Virus record (IMG/VR): IMGVR_UViG_3300033475_000009 | Location: 26,550 to 90,549 of that record | Source of the DNA: a virus | Lineage: Duplodnaviria > Caudoviricetes | Direction: 5' to 3' (one strand) | DNA: 64,000 bases | Shown: piece by piece, positions 58,623 to 64,000 of the stretch | Layout: every line of letters begins with the position of its first letter | Position numbering within the stretch: position 1 is the first letter of the stretch | Position numbers and translations under genes: made by a program | Notes under the pieces: generated by a model | Databases searched by the model: none | Seen by the model: the letters and a program-made list of their open reading frames with translations, nothing else | Told to the model about the DNA's origin: nothing

Positions 58623-59207
58623 CTATCCTAGCATTCTAGCTAGAAAATTCATTTGAGCATCTCTTTCTTTATATCTTACTGTATGCTTGGTATATACTAC
58701 ATCTCCTTTTTTAGGAAATTTAAATGTACCAGGTACAAAAGATTCATATTTACTAAAGATCTCATTAATTTTCTCTTTAATACCTTCATTACAAGTAATA
58801 TCATAAGTTTCATTCCAAAGTTTATCTTTAGAATTGACCCATGATTTTAGCTGTTCTTTAGTAACAGGTTTATTACCTAAAGCTAGTACCATGGGATTTT
58901 CTATTCCTTTACAATCGAAATATAGAGAATCTATTTTTACTAGGAAATGCTGAAAAGGCATTGTATCTAATAGAGTTTTATTTCTAATATTAGTTTTCAT
59001 CTCTCTTTTCTCTTTTTCAGGAATGGGTATACCTATAATCTCATAAGGTATCTTTAGTTCATCTAACTTATCTGTTAGAAGTAATACAAATACTCCACAA
59101 CCACCAGAATTTATATCTGTAGGAGTCCAAGCATCAATATAAGGAAGTCCTTCTTCCAGAAAAGTAATGAATTTAAATGCTTCTTGTTTGTTTGTTGGAT
59201 AAAGCAT
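58623..59207 (-). CDS. Hypothetical protein, possible papain/transglutaminase-like Cys-His-Asp fold
   Basis: INSGGCGVF..QHFLVKI..YFDCKG spacing. Confidence 0.45.
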   Translation of the reverse strand: MLYPTNKQEAFKFITFLEEGLPYIDAWTPTDINSGGCGVFVLLLTDKLDELKIPYEIIGIPIPEKEKREMKTNIRNKTLLDTMPFQHFLVKIDSLYFDCKGIENPMVLALGNKPVTKEQLKSWVNSKDKLWNETYDITCNEGIKEKINEIFSKYESFVPGTFKFPKKGDVVYTKHTVRYKERDAQMNFLARMLG

Positions 59208-59461
59208 AGTTTTAATTGTTTAAGAGTTAATTTATTAATTTTGATTAAATTTCATTGGTATAGGAATTTGTCTACTTACATAGACTCCTTCTCTAGGTGA
59301 TATAAATCCAATTATATGGATCATTTGAGTAGGAACGTAAATAATTTGTTCTCTACCTGCAATAATAACTTTATTTTTCATAACTAATTGATTTTAAGTA
59401 TTGAACAAATTATTAAAGAGACTTAACGTATCTCTTATTTGAGTTATACAACGGGTAATTT

Positions 59462-59713
59462 CTATTTAGAACAACATTTCTTATACTTTAAACCTGATCC
59501 ACATGGGCATTTATCATTTCTATGTACTTTAGGTTCATTTCTAACTTCTATTGCTTTAGCATTTTTTAGATTCTTAGGTGTTTTATCGCTTTTACTATCT
59601 AATGGTTGGTACATTAAAGAAGTAGCTAAATGAGAATATCTAGATAATGAATATTTTTTCATTATTCTAGGTTCTTCTATATTGTCTACTAGTATAACTT
59701 TATTTTCTTCCAT
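59462..59713 (-). CDS. SEC-C metal-binding motif protein
   Basis: C-terminal KVHRNDKCPCGSGLKYKKCC. Confidence 0.85.
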   Translation of the reverse strand: MEENKVILVDNIEEPRIMKKYSLSRYSHLATSLMYQPLDSKSDKTPKNLKNAKAIEVRNEPKVHRNDKCPCGSGLKYKKCCSK

Positions 59714-59720
59714 AATCTTA

Positions 59721-59936
59721 TTATTTTAGATAACATTTAATATTATTACATTCTTTAGTATTCTTATAATTATTCCATATACCTAGTTTTTCAAGTACAG
59801 ATTTACCTAATTTCATATTTAAGTTACTATTATGTAACCAAATCAAGTAATTAGGATCTATTTTAAGTACTTGTTCTACTGTCTTACCTTTATACTTTTT
59901 AGTATTTAATGTGCTATTTAATGATAGATATCCCAT
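59721..59936 (-). CDS. Small protein, ExoX-C/DUF3820-like
   Basis: KKYKGKTVEQVLKIDPNYLIWL. Confidence 0.65.
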   Translation of the reverse strand: MGYLSLNSTLNTKKYKGKTVEQVLKIDPNYLIWLHNSNLNMKLGKSVLEKLGIWNNYKNTKECNNIKCYLK

Positions 59937-59951
59937 AGCTTTAGAGTTATA

Positions 59952-60182
59952 TTATTCTATTATTTTACATTCTTTTAATCTCTTTTTAGCTTTATTATTT
60001 AATTTTATCTTATAACCCTTACTTAGTAGTATATCTATTACTTCTTGAGTCGGATGACAATTAGTATTTTCAAAAGCCCAGATTAAATACTGAGGATCAA
60101 TTTCTATAATATCTATAACTTTTCTTCCTATATATTTACCAAAGTTTAGGTTAGAATATAATCTACATGTACAAAAGCTCAT
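59952..60182 (-). CDS. Small protein, ExoX-C/DUF3820-like (tandem paralog)
   Basis: LNFGKYIGRKVIDIIEIDPQYLIWA. Confidence 0.65.
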   Translation of the reverse strand: MSFCTCRLYSNLNFGKYIGRKVIDIIEIDPQYLIWAFENTNCHPTQEVIDILLSKGYKIKLNNKAKKRLKECKIIE

Positions 60183-60218
60183 ATTTGTGTAATTTAGTAT
60201 ATAGATAGCACCATTTAC

Positions 60219-60443
60219 TTATTTATCATAATAGTACATCCATTCTTTAATATATCTTGATCTTCCTGAACAGGTATTATCTTTATTTAATATTACATGT
60301 CCTACACAAGTTATCCAATAGACCCTACAATAGTTATTAAATTTACCTTTATTCTCTAAAGTAATATATTCTTGACCCCAATTATCTATTAGAATCACTA
60401 TTCTTCTTTTAGTTAGAAAAGATACTATATTTATTAATATCAT
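60219..60443 (-). CDS. Hypothetical protein
   Basis: 74-aa ORF. Confidence 0.5.
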   Translation of the reverse strand: MILINIVSFLTKRRIVILIDNWGQEYITLENKGKFNNYCRVYWITCVGHVILNKDNTCSGRSRYIKEWMYYYDK

Positions 60444-60447
60444 AATT

Positions 60448-60720
60448 TTACTTGTTTAAATCATTAATAAGACTATCTAATTCATAAGGATATATCCAAT
60501 CTAATCCTATAGTATCATTATCCTCTATATATACTACTGCATATAAGTTATTCTTTATATCATAAGTAGATTTAATAATTCTATTAGGATTAAAGTTAAT
60601 ATTAGTTTTTTCTACTCTTCTAATATTAGAGTATTCTGTAGTACCACTTACTAATAAAGCTATTATAAAAGGTAGTACTATTAACACAAAGAATGTGTTT
60701 AATATAAAGTTAAGTTTCAT
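60448..60720 (-). CDS. Membrane-anchored hypothetical protein
   Basis: N-terminal TM. Confidence 0.55.
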   Translation of the reverse strand: MKLNFILNTFFVLIVLPFIIALLVSGTTEYSNIRRVEKTNINFNPNRIIKSTYDIKNNLYAVVYIEDNDTIGLDWIYPYELDSLINDLNK

Positions 60721-60757
60721 AATTGTTTTGAGTTTAAAGTTTAATTGATTGATTTAG

Positions 60758-60831
60758 TGGACCCTATAGGATTTGAACCTATGACTTATTCATTATGAGT
60801 GAATTACTCTGACCAACTGAGTTAAGAGTCC
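60758..60831 (-). tRNA. tRNA with CAU anticodon (Ile2-like; Met not excluded); CCA not encoded
   Basis: GGACUCU/AGGGUCC acceptor, ACUC/GAGU D stem, AUUCA-CUCAUAA-UGAAU anticodon arm, AUAGG-UUCAAAU-CCUAU T arm, discriminator A. C4-G69 and A3-U70 favour Ile2. Confidence 0.92.
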
Positions 60832-60838
60832 TGTAATT

Positions 60839-61354
60839 TTATTTTAGACTATATTTTAGCCCTATTAATATAAAGTTACCAGAGTATTTATGTTTAGTAT
60901 TTTTATCCATATAACCATTAGTTAATCCTTTATCATACAAACACTTAATATCTAGTGTTACTTTACTAATTATTCTATATTGTATTCCAGCTAATAATGC
61001 TATAGATATATTAGTATGGTTTTGAATATTAGAGTGATGGATACAAGCATTATAGGAAGGATTAATTCCTGTAAATATTCCTATTTTATTACTAAAATAA
61101 CCTACATTACCCTGTAAGGAATATTTTATATAATCTGATTGTACTACTCTTTTATTAAGTGCTTGATAATAAATTACATTCGTTTCTAATCCAATATATT
61201 TATAATTATTAGACAAGGAAATACCATAAATAGGTTGGTAGTATTTAGTATTATTAATAGATATATTAGATAATCCTGTAATATATCCTATTTGTTGTGA
61301 ATGAATAGTATTACTAACTATTAGTAGTACTATAATTAGTAATATCTTTTTCAT
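60839..61354 (-). CDS. Outer-membrane beta-barrel (porin/PorT-like) protein
   Basis: Signal peptide ..TIHS|Q, alternating amphipathic strands, C-terminal FILIGLKYSL. Confidence 0.7.
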   Translation of the reverse strand: MKKILLIIVLLIVSNTIHSQQIGYITGLSNISINNTKYYQPIYGISLSNNYKYIGLETNVIYYQALNKRVVQSDYIKYSLQGNVGYFSNKIGIFTGINPSYNACIHHSNIQNHTNISIALLAGIQYRIISKVTLDIKCLYDKGLTNGYMDKNTKHKYSGNFILIGLKYSLK

Positions 61355-61520
61355 AATGAAGTTTTAAGTTTAATTTAATATTAAATACCTTAACCTAGTA
61401 TTCATGAGATTATATAACTATAAATAAAAATTCATCCCTTGCTGGATAACTTGTAGTAATTACTCTACTAACCTGACTTTGTTTAACTATCTATAATTAT
61501 ATGATGTACAAGGCTAGAAT

Positions 61521-62252
61521 TTAAAGATTTTCTTCAATCCATTTATTAACTTGTTCTAATTGATATTTATCAGCACCGTACAAATTAATATGCATTTCTG
61601 TTAAATTTTCAATAACTTCTTCTCTATTCCAACTATTCTTTACAGGTTTAATAGTAATGGTATTATCTTTTGTATTTATTTTTATTTCATGTATTATTTT
61701 GTCACTACTTATTTCTTTATCGGATTTAATGAATCCATTCATGCCTTCATATCCTCTTTCATATTCCACCATCACATGTTCAATCTTATTTTCTTTATTA
61801 TATTCGGAAATAAATTTATCAATAAATCCTTGTGAAGGTTCTGGAAGATTACTCCATATAGGAGTAGTCTTATCTAATTGTTTAATATATATAGTTAATG
61901 ATTTATCAGTAGTAGCAATTACTTTTAATAAATCATCTTCTAAATTCCTTTTCCAAGGTGTAGTAACACTGCCACCATTTTTATTAGGTAAAGTTTGAAA
62001 ACATTCTATCCCATGTTCTATTATTATTTTACCTGGGCCAAGTATCCAATGATAAGCATAATCTCCTGTTTTTATTTCTTCACGAGATAAAATATAAAGA
62101 TGTTGTGGCTGATAATATCCGGCATAAGCTGAATCATAAATCCTGTATTTATCTTTATCAGCTTTAGCTAAAAAATTACTACCAATCTTAATAATTCTGT
62201 TAGGGATTGCTTTTTCTGTAGGAAGCATAACTACTGATTTTTTCTTTAACAT
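61521..62252 (-). CDS. Conserved phage hypothetical protein
   Basis: VVMLPTEK..QHLYILSREEIKTGDY..KVIATTDKSL..LPEPSQGFIDKFISEYN. Confidence 0.65.
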   Translation of the reverse strand: MLKKKSVVMLPTEKAIPNRIIKIGSNFLAKADKDKYRIYDSAYAGYYQPQHLYILSREEIKTGDYAYHWILGPGKIIIEHGIECFQTLPNKNGGSVTTPWKRNLEDDLLKVIATTDKSLTIYIKQLDKTTPIWSNLPEPSQGFIDKFISEYNKENKIEHVMVEYERGYEGMNGFIKSDKEISSDKIIHEIKINTKDNTITIKPVKNSWNREEVIENLTEMHINLYGADKYQLEQVNKWIEENL

Positions 62253-62309
62253 AATCGTAATGATTTTTAGTTTTAGATATTATTTTAATAAGACCAAACA
62301 TTGATCCAA

Positions 62310-62822
62310 TACTAGGATTACTCCATTGGTGACTTTACTGTTAGTCCAGAAATTCAGGAGTTCTGCCCTCCTATTTCCAATACTTGTCAATTCAGTATTA
62401 GTATCTTTATGTAATATGTTTGTAGTTTTATTCAAGCAGTTCTACAACAAAGCTTCTCCTATCTTGAATTGAATATAGGGCTTATTACAAAAGATTAATG
62501 TTTAGCCTTTTACTTTAAATATAATAATAATTATCACTATATAACTCAGTGATTATATACTAAGAGTCCATGAGCGCCCATTTCTGGATTTTCTGACTAA
62601 TGATAATTAGATTTTAATAAAATTAATATAGCTTCTATTAGATTATCAATTCTAACGCTTTACACAGCTTAGCTATATTATTAAAATAACTCTTATAAGG
62701 TTGCAATCCTTTAGATCATACATGATTTCTACTTGTAGAGCATCCCTAACTTATCTACTAAGTTATGTATAATATTTTCATAAATTTAGAGGCGATTTCC
62801 TAGCACTGGATAAGAGTTATTT
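62310..62822 (-). ncRNA. Candidate large structured ncRNA (orientation tentative)
   Basis: ORF-free for ~570 nt. Has a 13-bp helix 62684-62696/62810-62822, a 10-bp helix 62624-62633/62671-62680, a long-range helix 62341-62353/62580-62600 and several local hairpins. Confidence 0.5.
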
Positions 62823-62823
62823 A

Positions 62824-63060
62824 TTATTTTAAATAATTTTTAGTAATATTAGTTTCAAATCTTTCTATTACCTTATCATCTACTTTATATTGTATAATAG
62901 ATATTATAGTTAAATTTATATACATCTTATGATCTTTCATAGTCTTATCTATAAATTCACTTATATCCTTATCTTCTATTTCAGTATCTGAATAAAAGTA
63001 ATAGTTATAACTACTATTACTATATAAAATAGTTAGTTTAATCTTATATTCTTTTTTCAT
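62824..63060 (-). CDS. Hypothetical protein
   Basis: 78-aa ORF. Confidence 0.5.
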   Translation of the reverse strand: MKKEYKIKLTILYSNSSYNYYFYSDTEIEDKDISEFIDKTMKDHKMYINLTIISIIQYKVDDKVIERFETNITKNYLK

Positions 63061-63229
63061 ATCTTTTCAAAAATAAGTAATAGTAATATTAATAATATAA
63101 TAACTAAACCAATAATAATATTTCTATTCTTATCTAATTTAATACTATATACTTCTATAATTAGATTAACTATTATAGTAATAATAGTAGCCACTACGAC
63201 TACTATTATTGTAAATAAGAAATTACTCA

Positions 63230-63496
63230 TTAGTCCTCACAATTCATTGTTACATTAGTATATAGGTTAGGATAACCTTGCATGTTTTGTGAGTTAATCC
63301 AAGCAGGATTATTATTAGAGTAATCATAATCTTTATACTCTTTCTTACTTAGATTAGAAGAACAGGATTTTTGTCCTTGTACATCTTTATTTTCCTTCAC
63401 ATCATGATAGGAATAAGAACAGCATCTACTGTATTTCTTACAGCTTGTAATACTAACTCCTAGAGATAGTATTAGAATAGATAGAACTAGTTTCAT
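63230..63496 (-). CDS. Cys-rich lipoprotein
   Basis: Lipobox-like ITS|C followed by KK; four additional Cys. Confidence 0.7.
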   Translation of the reverse strand: MKLVLSILILSLGVSITSCKKYSRCCSYSYHDVKENKDVQGQKSCSSNLSKKEYKDYDYSNNNPAWINSQNMQGYPNLYTNVTMNCED

Positions 63497-63672
63497 AGTC
63501 TTTAATATTTTAAAAGTTTTTAAATGGAGCTAGTAATACATCAAAGATTATAGTCTTTAATGCTACAAATACTAGTAGTATTACAATAATTATAAGTATT
63601 AACTTAGCTATTGTTTTAATGAATTCCCATATATCTTCAAACATAATATTGTTGGTTTAAGGTTAATTATAT

Positions 63673-63873
63673 TTATAGGTTTTTATTAAATATATCTATT
63701 GCATCTGATAAGTTACTACCATTATATAATGTACTTATTATAGACGGTTTATCTTTAGTTACTGTTATATTTGCTATAATAGGACTATTTAATTCTTTAT
63801 CATTATATTCTATATTAATGATAAGTTTTAATGTTTCATCATCATTAGAGAATATATTAGTTATCTTTTTCAT
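63673..63873 (-). CDS. Hypothetical protein
   Basis: 66-aa ORF. Confidence 0.5.
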   Translation of the reverse strand: MKKITNIFSNDDETLKLIINIEYNDKELNSPIIANITVTKDKPSIISTLYNGSNLSDAIDIFNKNL

Positions 63874-64000
63874 AGTTATATAGTTTTATATGATTCTCTT
63901 ATTCTATAGTTTTTAATCCAATCAAGATTAGATCTTAATTCTTCTATATGTTTATTAGCTTCTTCTATAGTATTATGTTTGGTAATATTAGTTGCTAATT

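Noticed and set aside
60721-60757. Theta/HDV-like ribozyme in the tRNA 3' trailer
   Set aside because: The trailer is a short AT-rich leader of the next gene with no nested pseudoknot potential.
61380-61520. Possible riboswitch or small ribozyme upstream of the beta-barrel gene
   Set aside because: Only short 4-6 bp pairings; no recognisable hammerhead, twister, HDV or riboswitch core.
7754-61998. Antisense or nested ORFs in the track (7754, 9337, 14926, 18424, 22847, 25844, 26204, 35546, 37740, 42140, 47373, 58653, 59439, 61657)
   Set aside because: They lie wholly within well-supported genes on the opposite strand or frame, and their composition is the shadow of those genes.
62567-62580. 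13/14 match to the reverse complement of helicase-intron segment 43483-43496, suggesting a third group I intron or an antisense RNA
   Set aside because: No P4/P7/R/S elements or host exons around it; a single post-hoc 14-mer match is not significant without a computed null.
1-64000. Stop-codon reassignment (TAG/TGA) as in some gut crAss-like phages
   Set aside because: Very long ORFs are intact under the standard code, at least one gene ends in TAG (24245), no suppressor tRNA was seen, and the apparent gene breaks are explained by introns.
1-64000. CRISPR array, diversity-generating retroelement, integrase
   Set aside because: No regularly spaced repeats, no reverse transcriptase or template/variable repeat pair, and no recombinase motifs recognised.

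Overview
Very AT-rich, CpG-poor fragment of a crAss-like (Crassvirales-type) podophage genome, standard genetic code. The host is probably a Bacteroidota species (TTTG-N19-TAnnTTTG promoter, no obvious Shine-Dalgarno sites, Gln-rule signal peptides). The layout is two convergent arms that meet at 29489/29492. The + arm (1-29489) is the late/virion module: tail-collar protein, tail stabilization (muzzle) protein, ejection/cargo proteins, a 3513-aa virion RNA polymerase (DYDVD motif), tail fibres and a holin/spanin-like cluster. It also carries an inserted free-standing GIY-YIG endonuclease and a SET-domain methyltransferase. The - arm (29492-64000) is the replication/early module: PD-(D/E)XK exonuclease, RusA-like resolvase, primase, SSB, AAA recombinase, SF4 helicase, PolA, MazG-like enzyme and many small hypotheticals. 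The main highlights are: (1) a contiguous Ubl-E2-JAB-E1 ubiquitin-like conjugation cassette, whose E1 gene is split by a 246-nt group I intron and whose Ubl C-terminal motif (KMKSG) recurs in a virion cargo protein; (2) a second group I intron in the helicase Walker A motif, with a GIY-YIG gene in loop L1; (3) a structured ncRNA behind a coiled-coil gene that contains a circularly permuted tRNA-Lys(UUU)-like domain; (4) a SET-domain gene between the RNAP and ejection genes; (5) a ~550-nt ORF-free, heavily base-paired region at 62.3-62.8 kb. All family assignments come from reading motifs by eye; no searches were run.
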